A DNA stretch of 64,000 bases from the NCBI GenBank assembly GCA_002269645.1, contig NIVC01000025.1, positions 372,001-436,000 on the forward strand, written 5' to 3'. Position 1 is the first letter of the stretch. Every line of letters starts with the position of its first letter. The DNA is from Macrostomum lignano (lineage: Eukaryota). Both the position numbers and the translations under genes were made by a program. Below, piece after piece: positions 31,980 to 43,121 of this stretch. The notes under the pieces were generated by a model. The model was not told where the DNA came from, did not search any database, and was given only the letters and a program-made list of their open reading frames with translations.

Positions 31980-32318
31980 TTCGTATCGAAACTCCAAGCC
32001 AATGGCAGCCAGTCGCTCTTGAGCCGCCCTGTCAAACCGTTCGCTTTGCTCCTCGGTGAAGGAAGCCTTCCAGTCGCCGATAAGTCCTTTGCGCAGGAAT
32101 CTGAACCCGGTGCCGAAGGTGGTGTTCACATTGTCGTTGCTGGACATCGACTCGAAGCTGCAGTTGTGCATCACGCAGGCCAGCTGTTCGGTGCTTGGCT
32201 GAATGCCCAGATGGTCAGCTATGCGGCAGATGCTGTGCTGGGGGCTGCTCACAATGTCCTCGTACTTGAGCACCAGTACATTGGGCTTGTCGCGCTGTTG
32301 CCACCATTCTGAGGTGAC
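31977..32318 (-). CDS. Cytosolic sulfotransferase, exon 2
   Basis: EWW...NVLVLKYED...SFESM...FLRKGLIGDWK...F; acceptor CTGCAG|GTC; 114 codons. Confidence 0.92.
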   Translation of the reverse strand, partial: VTSEWWQQRDKPNVLVLKYEDIVSSPQHSICRIADHLGIQPSTEQLACVMHNCSFESMSSNDNVNTTFGTGFRFLRKGLIGDWKASFTEEQSERFDRAAQERLAAIGLEFRYE

Positions 32319-32540
32319 CTGCAGGCAGTGTCGATAGTTATTTATGACGTCACAGCCACAGTTATATGTACATGCTGATCCCAATCATTGGGAATCGAAA
32401 TCATCTAAGCAGAAATATCTCTAAGATATCGAGTTTCAGAAGCAAAAATATTGTCTACAAAAGCAAGTCTTGCCTTCAAAAGCAAACGTCTTGTCTACAA
32501 ATGCAAACTTGTCTTCAAAAGCAAGCAATCGAATCCTTGC

Positions 32541-33104
32541 CTGAAAGTAGTCTCCGCACATGGTTCTGCCGTTCAGAAACATGTCTACAAATTCTGGCCA
32601 ATCGCCAGGCCAAGGCCCGTACATCTCCAGGCCTTTGTAGAAATGGTACAACGAATTGCAGCAATCCTTCGGATTTCGAAGTACCGCAATAATCCGAGGA
32701 TTAGCGGAGTCCAGCGCGTTGCCAATCAATGAGTAGGGGCAGTGGGTCTTGATGAGGCGCTGCCGGTCCTGCGGCGCAGCCTCCAGCTCATCGATGCCCC
32801 ACCGGACTGGGCCGGAGGTGCCCCAGCCGTAGTTAAACTCCAGGAACGGGAATCGTTCGTCGATGGCGGCGAACTTGGCGCCCGGCTGGATGACGTCGCG
32901 GTGCACCAGCTGCCATACGATCTCCTGGGTGAGGGTGGTGCCGCAGCGGGGGAAAGTGCACACGCAGATGTCGCTGGGGCGGTAGCGGAACTCGCACACG
33001 GCTCTACGAAGCACCTCCAGCGTTGTGTAGTTGTTCCACAGGATGCCGCGCCACTCGAACTCGTCCAGTGTTGGAGTGTGCGATGAGCGTTTTGATGCAG
33101 ACAT
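32541..33104 (-). CDS. Cytosolic sulfotransferase (Sulfotransfer_1), exon 1; spliced product ~301 aa
   Basis: 5'-PSB TFPRCGTT, catalytic KTH, 3'-PB RNPKD..SLYHF; joins exon 2 via a GC donor (CAG|GCAAGG). Confidence 0.92.
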
Positions 33105-33182
33105 GCCCGGGTTTGTTCGGTTTGTCAGTCTGTCTCAGCTTCTCAGCTTGTTCACAGCTAGACTGGATTGCAGTTGAGAGGC

Positions 33183-33189
33183 TTTTATA
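33183..33189 (-). promoter_or_regulatory. Candidate TATA box of the sulfotransferase
   Basis: TATAAAA ~80 nt upstream of the ATG. Confidence 0.35.
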
Positions 33190-33857
33190 TACAGAATTTG
33201 GTGCCATACCGTACTATGCCTGCATTGTGCAGTCAATTGCACATCTGCTGGCTGAGGGTAGAGAGTGTCTTTCAGCGGGCGTTTTATCTACAGAACAGAC
33301 ACCCCGCTGGTCCGCCCTGCCTGGCCTGGGAGCCACACAGCAGAATTGATAGCTACGAGCGTAGCTGTTTAAGGAGCGATTGAAGGTCATTCAATAGCGT
33401 TATATACATGCGCAGATAAATTGTTATTCGCATGTCCATGGATGGTAGAAAGTGACGACTCCCTCAATGTGCTGCATCAGAGATATTCTTAAAGAAGGTA
33501 CTTCTTACTTAGGGTGATAGATTTTCAACGAGTAAATTTACTACTTTATAAAAAACAATAAAAGTCAAGGAAAACGAAGTTAATGTTTTTTCTGCACATA
33601 AAAGTGGCAATTATGGTATATAGTAAACCACTATGAAGTTGTGAAACGCGCAATAGACTACTTAAAGCATTGGTCAGCATGTATTTCAACCAGGTGGACT
33701 GTTGCAGCCATGAAATAGCGGTCAGGTCAGCAGATACATGTAAAAACGACAAGAAATGCAGTCCAGAATTTATACGATAAAAAAACAGTACGCTAAGTAT
33801 CAACTTGCAGAAACAAAAATATGTACAAGAAAGACTAGCAATCCCACTGAAAATACT

Positions 33858-34135
33858 GAAACCGGCTAGCCTCCCAGCTAAAAGAAAGCCGGCTAACTTC
33901 CCAGCCAATAAAAAAAGGGCAAACCTCTCAGCCAATAGAAAGCCGGCTAACATCCCAGCTAATAGAAAGCCGGCTAACCTACCAGCCAATAGAAAACCGG
34001 CTAACTTCCCAGCCAATTGAAAGCCGACTAACCTCCCAGCCAATAGAAAGCCAGCTGACCTAGCAAATAGAAACCCGGCTAACCTCCTAGCCAATAGAAA
34101 GCCGGCTAACCTCCTAGCCAATAGAAAGCCGGCTC
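33858..34135 (+). repeat. 27-bp minisatellite (~10 copies) downstream of the GLG1 stop
   Basis: CCAGCCAATAGAAAGCCGGCTAACCTC. Confidence 0.92.
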
Positions 34136-34194
34136 ACCCCCGCCTTTCATTTCTGAGCTAAAAGACTCCCAGTCCAAGTTACTACAAAAATTGA

Positions 34195-35026
34195 TCAGCG
34201 CAAACGACACCAGCGCCGCACCCGACGCCAGCTCAGTCTACGAAGTCGGCGCCCAATCCAAAAAGCGACAGCCGCTGACGCAGCGGTCAGACAGACCGAC
34301 AAAAAAGTCACGTGATAGGCGACGGCGGAGGCCTCCGCGGACTGCACTTTGACTGCAACATCCTGCATTTGTTGCTGCTGCTTCCGCTGCTCTTCTGTCA
34401 CAGCGGCCCGTGCCAGGAACAGTCGCTCAGCCAAGCGAGCTCGACATTCGTCAGACAGCAGCTTCTTCTTCTGCGGGCTGCTGCTGCTGCTCAGCCGAGC
34501 CAGACAGGCCATCAGACGGCCGCCGCCAGGCGACACGTCACCACAATGGGTGCGCAAGTCAGCAGCGCAAGCCCGAACCAGCGCAGTGTCCGAGTGTACG
34601 TCGCCGCTGTCGTCGACATGTCGCTGACCGGCGGCAATACCAGCGGCGGCTTCTCGACAAGCGGCGGCGTTGGCGGGAATTCGACCTTCGGACAGGGCGC
34701 GGCGCAGGCAGTCGGCGGCTGCCTGAGCGGCCAACTGCGGACTGTCGAAGCCGGACAGGCTGGCGGCGCAGCCCTCGGCCAGCAGGACCGGCCGGCAGTC
34801 GGCCAGCACGCGGTTTGGCTCCCAGCCGGCCGCAGGCAGCAGCTTGTCGATGCTGTGCTCGGCCAGGTGGCGCTGAACAACCCGACGGCAGGCTGGACGA
34901 AGTTGGGCGGCGGCGGAATCGGCGGAGCGGAGGCAGCGCAGGAGGCTCAGCTGGACGCCGGCAGCGTCAGCCGCGGCGGCGTCGACCGGCAGACGGGAGG
35001 CTTCACGGAGGACATCGCGGCAGCGG
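34195..35026 (-). CDS. GLG1: GLG1 exon 10 (last Cys-rich repeats, TM helix, basic cytoplasmic tail)
   Basis: LLRCLR...ACRRVVQRHL...GRLMACLARL...CRARL; TM VTFLSVCLTAASAAVAFWIG followed by RRLRR; phase-2 acceptor. Confidence 0.85.
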
Positions 35027-35070
35027 CTTGGAAGAGGGGAGATTGGCGATGGATTTCGGTTAGCTCACTG

Positions 35071-35072
35071 AG

Positions 35073-35169
<97 letters not shown>
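35071..35169 (+). repeat. (CTGT)n microsatellite, GLG1 intron 9
   Basis: ~25 perfect copies. Confidence 0.98.
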
Positions 35170-35170
<1 letters not shown>

Positions 35171-35179
35171 CCAGCCCAC

Positions 35180-35574
35180 CTGTTCATCTCGCCGCCGCAC
35201 TCAGTCTGCAGGTCGCCGCTGATGAGCCGCTGCAGGCGCCCGGCCCCGGCCGCCCTCGGCAGCAGGCGGCTGACCGCCAGCCGGCATTGGCCGTCAAAGT
35301 CGGCGTCGCTCAGGTGGCTGCTCAGGCAGGCCAGCAGCGTCAGCTCGTCAGCGCCGCGGCAGTGCAGGAAGGCCATGCGCTGGCAGTCGCGAAGCAATCG
35401 ACGATCGCCACCGACGCTGCCAGGCTGAACCGGCGCCGCCGGCTGATCGTCGACACCCGGCCGGAGCAGATCGTCGACCAGTCGGCGACGGCAGGCCTCG
35501 TCGACGCGGTGCTGGTGCGGCTTGACAATTTCGGCTGGCAGGCCGGCGGGGCCGAGTGTTGGGGACTCGGCGGC
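35180..35574 (-). CDS. GLG1: GLG1 exon 9
   Basis: HRVDEACRRRL...LLRDCQRMAFLHC...LLACLSSH...CRLAV; phases 0/2. Confidence 0.82.
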
Positions 35575-35597
35575 CTGTGCGGGATTGAAGGCGGAAC

Positions 35598-35895
35598 TGA
35601 GGTCACTCAGTGTGTCACACTGTCACTCAGTCACTCAGTCACTCAGTGTGTCACACTGTCACTCAGTCACTCAGTCACTCAGTGTGTCACACTGTCACTC
35701 AGTCACTCAGTCACTCAGTGTGTCACACTGTCACTCAGTCACTCAGTCACTCAGTGTGTCACACTGTCACTCAGTCACTCAGTCACTCAGTCACTCACAC
35801 TGTCACTCAGTCACTCAGTCACTCAGTCACTCAGTGTGTCACACTGTCACTCAGTCACTCAGTCATTAATAACTCAGTCACTCGGTCACTCGCTG
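35598..35895 (+). repeat. 36-bp compound CACTCAGT/GTGTCACACT repeat, GLG1 intron 8
   Basis: ~7 copies. Confidence 0.93.
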
Positions 35896-35901
35896 ACACA
35901 C

Positions 35902-36128
35902 CTGAATGGCCAGAGTGTCAGACAGCACGATGGCTGACAGGCAGCGCACAGCGGCCGCGTTCCCCACAGCGGCCCGGCAGTTGGCCATCAGGCTGGATTT
36001 GCAGGCCTCGGCGAATGCGGCGGTAAACCGCGGCTGCGGCAACCACAGCAGCTGCTGGTGCTGAAGGGCGGCCTTGCAGGAGCGCGGCATGTCGGGGCTC
36101 GCCTGTCGGTTCAGCAGGCAGCTGAGCG
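35902..36128 (-). CDS. GLG1: GLG1 exon 8
   Basis: LSCLL...MPRSCKAAL...FAEACK...VRCLSAIVLSDTL; phases 1/0. Confidence 0.82.
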
Positions 36129-36157
36129 CTGCGGTGATAAGAAATTGGAATTGTAAT

Positions 36158-36447
36158 TTAGTCAGTCAGTTAGTTAGTCAGTCAGTTAGTTAGTTAGTTA
36201 GGTAGTTAGTTAGTTAGTTAGTTAGTCAGTTAGTTAGTTAGTCAGTTAGTTAGTCAGTTAGTTAGTTAGTTAGTCAGTTAGTTAGTCAGTTAGTTAGTCA
36301 GTTAGTTAGTTAGTTAGTCAGTTAGTTAGTTAGTTAGTTAGTTAGTCAGTTAGTTAGTTAGTCAGTTAGTTAGTTAGTTAGTCAGTTAGTTAGTTAGTCA
36401 GTCAGTTAGTTAGTTAGTTTGTCAGTTAGTTAGTCAGTTAGTTTGTC

Positions 36448-36482
<35 letters not shown>

Positions 36483-36499
36483 CAGTTAGTTAGTTAGTC

Positions 36500-36534
<35 letters not shown>

Positions 36535-36719
36535 CAGTTAGTTAGTTAGTCAGTTAGTTAGTTAGTTAGTCAGTTAGTTAGTTAGTCAGTCAGTTAGTTA
36601 GTTAGTTTGTCAGTTAGTTAGTCAGTTAGTTTGTCAGTTAGTTAGTTAGTTGGTTAGTTAGTTAGTTAGTCAGTTAGTTAGTTAGTCAGTTAGTTAGTTA
36701 GTCAGTTAGTTAGTTAGTC

Positions 36720-36757
<38 letters not shown>

Positions 36758-36771
36758 CTAGTTAGTTAGTC

Positions 36772-36806
<35 letters not shown>

Positions 36807-36811
36807 CAGTC

Positions 36812-36866
<55 letters not shown>

Positions 36867-36901
36867 CAGTCAGTTAGTCAGTTAGTTAGTTAGTTAGTTA
36901 G

Positions 36902-36934
<33 letters not shown>

Positions 36935-36947
36935 CAGTCAGTTAGTC

Positions 36948-37046
<99 letters not shown>

Positions 37047-37047
37047 G

Positions 37048-37089
<42 letters not shown>

Positions 37090-37111
37090 CTAGTTAGTTA
37101 GTCAGTTAGTC

Positions 37112-37154
<43 letters not shown>

Positions 37155-37159
37155 CAGTC

Positions 37160-37198
<39 letters not shown>

Positions 37199-37236
37199 CA
37201 GTCAGTTAGTCAGTTAGTCAGTTAGTTAGTTAGTTT

Positions 37237-37310
<74 letters not shown>

Positions 37311-37407
37311 CAGTTAGTTAGTCAGTCAGTTAGTTAGTTAGTTAGTTTGTTTGTTAGTTAGTTAGTTAGTTAGTTAGTTAGTCAGTTAGTTAGTCAGTCA
37401 GTTAGTC

Positions 37408-37458
<51 letters not shown>

Positions 37459-37459
37459 C

Positions 37460-37510
<51 letters not shown>

Positions 37511-37695
37511 CAGTTAGTTAGTTAGTTAGTTAGTTAGTTTGTTAGTTAGTTAGTTAGTTAGTTAGTTAGTCAGTTAGTTAGTCAGTTAGTTAGTTAGTTA
37601 GTTAGTCAGTCAGTTAGTTAGTTAGTTAGTTAGTTAGTTATTTAGTTAGTTAGTTAGTTAGTTAGTTAGTCAGTTAGTTAGTCAGTCAGTTAGTC

Positions 37696-37746
<51 letters not shown>

Positions 37747-37747
37747 C

Positions 37748-37838
<91 letters not shown>

Positions 37839-37875
37839 CAGTCAGTCAGTTAGTTAGTTAGTTAGTTAGTTAGTC

Positions 37876-37908
<33 letters not shown>

Positions 37909-37917
37909 CTTAGTTAG
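36158..37917 (+). repeat. (TTAG)n/(TCAG) microsatellite, ~1.75 kb, GLG1 intron 7
   Basis: ~440 tetramers. Confidence 0.98.
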
Positions 37918-37975
37918 AGAGTCGGTCCCTACTCTACATCCCCCAGACGCCTCGCTGATGAGGCACGGGACTCAC

Positions 37976-38304
37976 CGCTGCTCCCAGCTTCCGTAGCAGA
38001 ACAATGCCGCTTTGCATAGTCCAAGCAATGGTCTACAACAGCTCGGTCAAGCGTGTCGCTATGGTTACCGTTGCTAGCAACGCCAGCGGAGCCGTTGCGG
38101 CTGCCAGAGCGCACCAGAGCTTTGCAAGCGGCACTCAGCGGCGGCCCCTTGCCAAGCCGAGCCAAGAGGTCAAACGAGGTCAAACTGCGATCGCCCCGCC
38201 GACGACGCCAAATATCGACGGCACAGGCAGCCGACAGCTTGCGGAATTTGAACTTGGGACCTTCTAGGCCTTGAATAAGTGACTCGGCGCATCGGTCTGA
38301 CAGC
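37976..38304 (-). CDS. GLG1: GLG1 exon 7
   Basis: RKLSAACAVDIW...LSAACKALV...LDRAVVDHCLDYAKRHC; acceptor TTAAAG|, donor GCG|GTGAGT; phases 2/1. Confidence 0.72.
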
Positions 38305-38395
38305 CTTTAACAGATGAAAAAGATAATATACTACACATTTTTAGATAAAAAATCTGCATCATCCTACTGAAGTCAGTAGACAACACAGCGCATAC

Positions 38396-38602
38396 TCATT
38401 AGCCAGCAGGCTCCGGTAGAGACAGGCCGATGCGCCAACTCGATCGTTGGAGCTCCGGCAGCGACGAACTGAGCAGGAAGTGTTGAAGGCGGCAGTCTGG
38501 AAGAACCGCAGCTGAGCGACTCGCTCGTCGCATTCGGGCGACAGCGCGGCGGAGTCTGAGAGGCAGGCCAGAGCCTCATCAAGAGATGACGAGATTGGGC
38601 AG
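38396..38602 (-). CDS. GLG1: GLG1 exon 6
   Basis: ALACLSD..LSPECDERVAQLRFF...ASACLYR; phases 2/2. Confidence 0.75.
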
Positions 38603-38664
38603 CTGAGCGGGGGAGGGGTAGTTAATAAAACCAAATGTTCGAAAAATGCATCCACAAAGAATCT

Positions 38665-39050
38665 CACCTATTTAGAATCTCATCTATCTGAAATCTCATC
38701 TACCTGGAATCTCATCTATCTTGAATCTCATCTACTTAGAATCTCATCTACCTAGAATCTCACCTATTTAGAATCTCATCTACCTGAAATCTCATCTACC
38801 TAGAATCTCATTTACCTAGAATCTCATTTACCTAGAATCTCATTTACCTAGAATCTCATCTACTTAGAATCTCACCTATCTAGAATTTCACCTATCTAGA
38901 ATATCATCTAACTAGAATCTCACCTACCCAGAATCTCACCTATTTAGAATCTCGTCTACCTGGAATCACATCTATCTAGAATCTCATCTACTTAGAATCT
39001 CATCTACCTAGAATCTCATTTACCTAGAATCTCATCCACTTAGAATCTCT
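38665..39050 (+). repeat. 16-bp minisatellite, GLG1 intron 5
   Basis: TAGAATCTCAT(C/T)TACC, ~24 copies. Confidence 0.93.
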
Positions 39051-39106
39051 TAGAAAGTCTTATTCGATCCTAAAACAGCCTTTTATATCTCCCGGAAGCA
39101 GCACAC

Positions 39107-39378
39107 CTGTTACTCAGCAGTTCAGTCAGGCAGGCGGCCGCCAGTTGGGTGCCAGCGGAACCAGCGGCCGCCGCGAATGCCGCTCGCAACAGGCGGCCGG
39201 CGGCCAAACCGCAAGTCGTCTCAGCAGCGGCCGCGGCTGCTCCAGCGATGCACAAAACCGGGCCAGCCTCGAAGCTGCTGCCGCTGTCCCGCAGCTGGCA
39301 CCGAGCCAGATGCCGTTCGGGGCAGGCCGCCAGCACCCCCGGATCGCCGGCAGGATCAAAGAGCAGCGCTGAGCGCAG
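39107..39378 (-). CDS. GLG1: GLG1 exon 5
   Basis: LRSALLFDPAGDPGVLAACPERHLARC...PVLC...ACLTELL; phases 0/2. Confidence 0.75.
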
Positions 39379-39454
39379 CTGAGCGGGCGAGTTGGGAATT
39401 GGCGACTCGTTTCGTTATTGCAATGTGCATTTTGAGTCCACTGAGGCTCTGTTG

Positions 39455-39945
39455 AATCCGCCCTGAGAATTCTCATTATCCGCCCCTGAGAATCGTCCCT
39501 TATCCGCCTTGAGAATCACCCCTTATCCGCCTTGAGAATCACCCCTTATCCGCCCCTGAGAATCGCCCCTTATCCGCCTTGAGAATCGCCCCTTATCCGC
39601 CCCTGAGAATCGCCCCTTATCCGCCCCTGAGAATCGGCCCTTATCCGCCCCTGGGAATCGCCCCTTATCCGCCCCTTATCCGCCCCTGAGAATCGCCCTT
39701 ATCCGCCCCTGGGAATCGGCCCTTATCCGCCCCTGAGAATCGGCCCTTATCCGCCCCTGGTAATCGCCCCTTATCCGCCCCTTATCCGCCCCTGAGAATC
39801 GCCCCTTATCCGCCCCTGAGAATCGCCCCTTATCCGCCCCTGAGAATCGCCCCTTATCCGCCCCTGAGAATCGCCCCTTATCCGCCCTGAGAATCACCAC
39901 TTATCCGCCGCTAAGAATCACCACTTATCCGCCCCTGAGAATCGC
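39455..39945 (+). repeat. 23-24-bp minisatellite, GLG1 intron 4
   Basis: CTTATCCGCCCCTGAGAATCGCCC; reverse complement of the intron-3 array. Confidence 0.95.
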
Positions 39946-39992
39946 TCTAGAAAGGCAACTACCAGCCGTCTCTGTCCCTCCAGCAGCCTCAC

Positions 39993-40352
39993 CAGCAGCA
40001 TGCGGTCCCAACAGTCAGCTTGCAGACCCTCAGAAGCAGCGCCAAGACAAGTCAGCAGGTCGACTGTCGACTCCGAGCAGCTCAGACGGACAGCGTCGGC
40101 CCGGCAGGCGTCGGCAAATTGACGTCGGACTTTATAATCGAAGCCCAGCGAAGCCCGCCGACCAGACCGCCTTCGGTCCTGCCGACGCAGCTCCGACCGG
40201 CAGTCGGCGCTCAGCGGGGAGGCGGCCTGGACCGACAGGAGGCAGCTGACAAGGCCGCCGTTGCCGATCTGATTCTCATCGGTCAGGCACCGGGACTCGG
40301 CGTCGTCCAGGCAAGCACCGAGGAGGCGCGGGTTGCCGTAAAACTGGTCCGA
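39993..40352 (-). CDS. GLG1: GLG1 exon 4 (360 nt, phase 0-0)
   Basis: SDQFYGNPRLLGACLDDAESRC...GGLVSCL...DCRSEL...DYKV..QFADACRADAVRLSC...LLTCL...DCWDRMLL. Confidence 0.85.
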
Positions 40353-40399
40353 CTGGGAAGGAAATGAATGGGTTTTAGGCTGCGACATGCGGTCTGTGA

Positions 40400-41115
40400 C
40401 CGATTCTCAAGGAGGATAAGTGGCGATTCTCAGGGCGGATAAGTGGCGATTCTCAGGGCGGATAAGTGGCGATTCTCAGGGGCGGATAAGTGGCGATTCT
40501 CAGGGCGGATAAGTGGCGATTCTCAGGGCAGATAAGGGGCGATTCTCAGGGCGGATAAGTGGCGATTCTCAGGTGTGGATAAGTGGCGATTCTCAGGGCG
40601 GATAAGTGGCGATTCTCAGGGCAGATAAGGGGCGATTCTCAGGGCGGATAAGGGGCGATTCTCAGGGCAGATAAGGGGCGATTCTCAGGGGCGGATAAGT
40701 GGCGATTCTCAGGGCAGATAAGGGGCGATTCTCAGGGGCGGATAAGTGGCGATTCTCAGGGCGGATGAGTGGCGATTCTCAGGGCGGATAAGTGGCGATT
40801 CTCAGGGCGGATGAGTGGCGATTCTCAGGGCGGATGAGTGGCGATTCTCAGGGCGGATGAGTGGCGATTCTCAGGGCGGATGAGTGGCGATTCTCAGGGA
40901 GGATAAGTGGCGATTCTCAGGGCGGATGAGTGGCGATTCTCAGGGCGAATAAGGGGCGATTCTCAGGGGCGGATAAGGGGCGATTCTCAGGGGCCGATTA
41001 GTGGCGATTCTCAGGGCGGATGAGTGGCGATTCTCAGGGCGGATAAGGGGCGATTCTCAGGGCGGATAAGGGGCGATTCTAAGGGTGGATAAGGGGCGAT
41101 ATGGGGCGATTCTGA
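40400..41115 (+). repeat. 23-24-bp minisatellite, GLG1 intron 3
   Basis: GGCGATTCTCAGGGCGGATAAGT, ~30 copies. Confidence 0.95.
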
Positions 41116-41139
41116 GCTCAAAGAAATAAAACGACCAAC

Positions 41140-41538
41140 CTCCAGAAGCGTCAGGCGTCGAACATGCGCGCGACACGACTCGCCAAGTTCGCCGTGGCCT
41201 TCCGTAGAATTCTTCGCTGAAGCCCCCAGCAGGCAGCGGACCACCTCAGACTGGCTGTGCAGCCCGCCAGCCGCACCGGCCAACGAGAACCGGCCGCAGG
41301 CTAGCCGGCGAATTTCCGACAAACAGGCGTCGATAAACTGACCAGCCGGCCGGAAGTCGGACACAAAAGCGACACTGGCTATCCGGTTGAGAAATCGCCG
41401 ACAAGCCGGCCGAAGAGGGTCGGAGAAGTCGGCCCTGCCGCCGGCCGCGAGGTTGTTGAAGCGCTCGGACAGGCAGGACAGTCGGAGGCCGCGGCCGTGA
41501 GGCAGAGAGTGACAGGACGGGTGCCTGGCGAGGTCCGG
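41140..41538 (-). CDS. GLG1: GLG1 exon 3
   Basis: LSCL...ACRRFLNRIASVAFVSDFR...FIDACLSEIRRLACGR...HSQSEVVRCL...SCRAHVRRL; phases 0/0. Confidence 0.88.
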
Positions 41539-41684
41539 CTGGCCAAGTTGGAGATGGGAGGTTAACTAAACTTTGCTGACTTTTATAAGTTTAAATGCAG
41601 TCACTCTACTTTCTGTAGTTTATAATAATACTTGTAGGTACTAAACAGCATAATAAAACCTATATATTTCTCAATACTATATTT

Positions 41685-42245
41685 CCTCAATCTCAACCCG
41701 GTATCTCCTCCATATCAACCTGGTATCTCCTCAATCTCAACCTGGTATCTCCTCTATCTCAACCCGTATCTCCTCCATCTCAAACCGGTATCTCCTCTAT
41801 CTCAAACTGGGATCTCCTTTATCTCAACCCGGTATCTCCTCAATCTCAACCTGGTATCTCCTCAATCTCAACCTGGTATCTCCTCTATCTCAACCCTTAT
41901 CTCGTCAATCTCAACCTGGTATCTCCTCTATCTCAACCTGTATCTCCTCCATCTCAAACCGGTATCTCCTCAATCTCAAACTGGGATCTTCTTTATCTCA
42001 ACCCGGTATCTCCTCTATCTCAACCCGGTATCGCCTCTATGTCAAACTGGTATCTTCTCTAAAACCGGTATCTCCTCTAACTCAACCTGGTATCTCCTCT
42101 ATCTCAACCCGCTAACTCCTCTATCTCAACCCGTCAACTCCTCTATCTCAAACCTGTATCTCCTCTATCTCAAACTGGGATCTCCTTCATCTCAAACCGG
42201 TATCTTTTCTATGTCAAACTGGTATCTCCTCTCTCTCAACCTCCA
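41685..42245 (+). repeat. ~22-bp minisatellite, GLG1 intron 2
   Basis: GGTATCTCCTCTATCTCAACC(T/C), ~25 copies. Confidence 0.93.
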
Positions 42246-42312
42246 TCCCTCCCACCCTGCCACCTGTCACCAGAAAGCAAAACATAAGAGAAAGTGATAA
42301 AAGCCAACCTAC

Positions 42313-42572
42313 CCCACAGATACCATCGCTATTTGCAGCTACTTCAAAGCGAGAGTCGTGTGTCAAGTTGTACTTCAGCAGCCAGATGGCATGTTGACAA
42401 ACTGGACCCACTGGTTCTTTTAATTCATGCGATTTCTGAAGGCATCGAATTGCTTCAAAATTGTCTTCAAGTGCTGATGTGGCGTTGCAGCTGTGCTGGA
42501 TTGCTTTGGCACAGGCAGGCAAGGTTGCTAGTGGCTGCTTGTGCAATTGCAACTCTAGTGAAGCTGACAGGT
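42313..42572 (-). CDS. GLG1: GLG1 exon 2
   Basis: LATLPACAKAIQHSC...DNFEAIRCLQ...CQHAIWLLKYNLTHDSRFE, a GLG1 first-repeat signature; phases 1/0. Confidence 0.88.
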
Positions 42573-43051
42573 CTTGATAGTTGGTGGAATAAAAGACAAG
42601 GGATATAGATGGTGATTGTCTATTAGTCATTTTGAAGGCTAGGTACTTGAAGAATTGAAACCATATATTTATTTTAAAAAGTTTACTTATTACTTAGTTT
42701 TCAACAATTATCATTTAATTTTTATCTATTTTATTAGTTTTAAATAATAACACTATAAAAATAAATCTATCTATGCTAGGTAAAATCAATAATAAGAAAT
42801 ACCATTAAAAACTTCTGTAAATATTATATAATTTTATATACAAGCTACAAACTAAGTTAAAGCTACTGAAAGTATATTACAGAATGCAAAATTTCAGTGT
42901 AAGATAAAAATAAATATTTGCTATTAGCAAAATAATATTGCATGATACTTTCAAACCTTATCTTTGAAAGCCTCTTTGTATTTAAAATGACTGCAATGTC
43001 ATGAAAAAAATTATTTACATGCTAATAAAGTAAGATCAACTATAAACTTAC

Positions 43052-43121
43052 CTTGTGGAACTCTATTTGCATAAGAGCAATATACTCCAAAAAAGAGTAA
43101 CAATATCATAGGTAGAGCCAT
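43052..43121 (-). CDS. GLG1: GLG1 exon 1 (signal peptide); 10 exons sum to 3351 nt = 1116 aa + stop
   Basis: MALPMILLLFFGVYCSYANRVPQ, donor AAG|GTAAGT; phases match through all exons. Confidence 0.75.

Noticed and set aside
34312-35937. 541-aa plus-strand ORF
   Set aside because: Antisense shadow of GC-rich GLG1 exons running through intronic microsatellites
36158-37917. Interstitial telomere
   Set aside because: The unit is TTAG, not TTAGGG/TTAGG, and it sits within a well-phased intron
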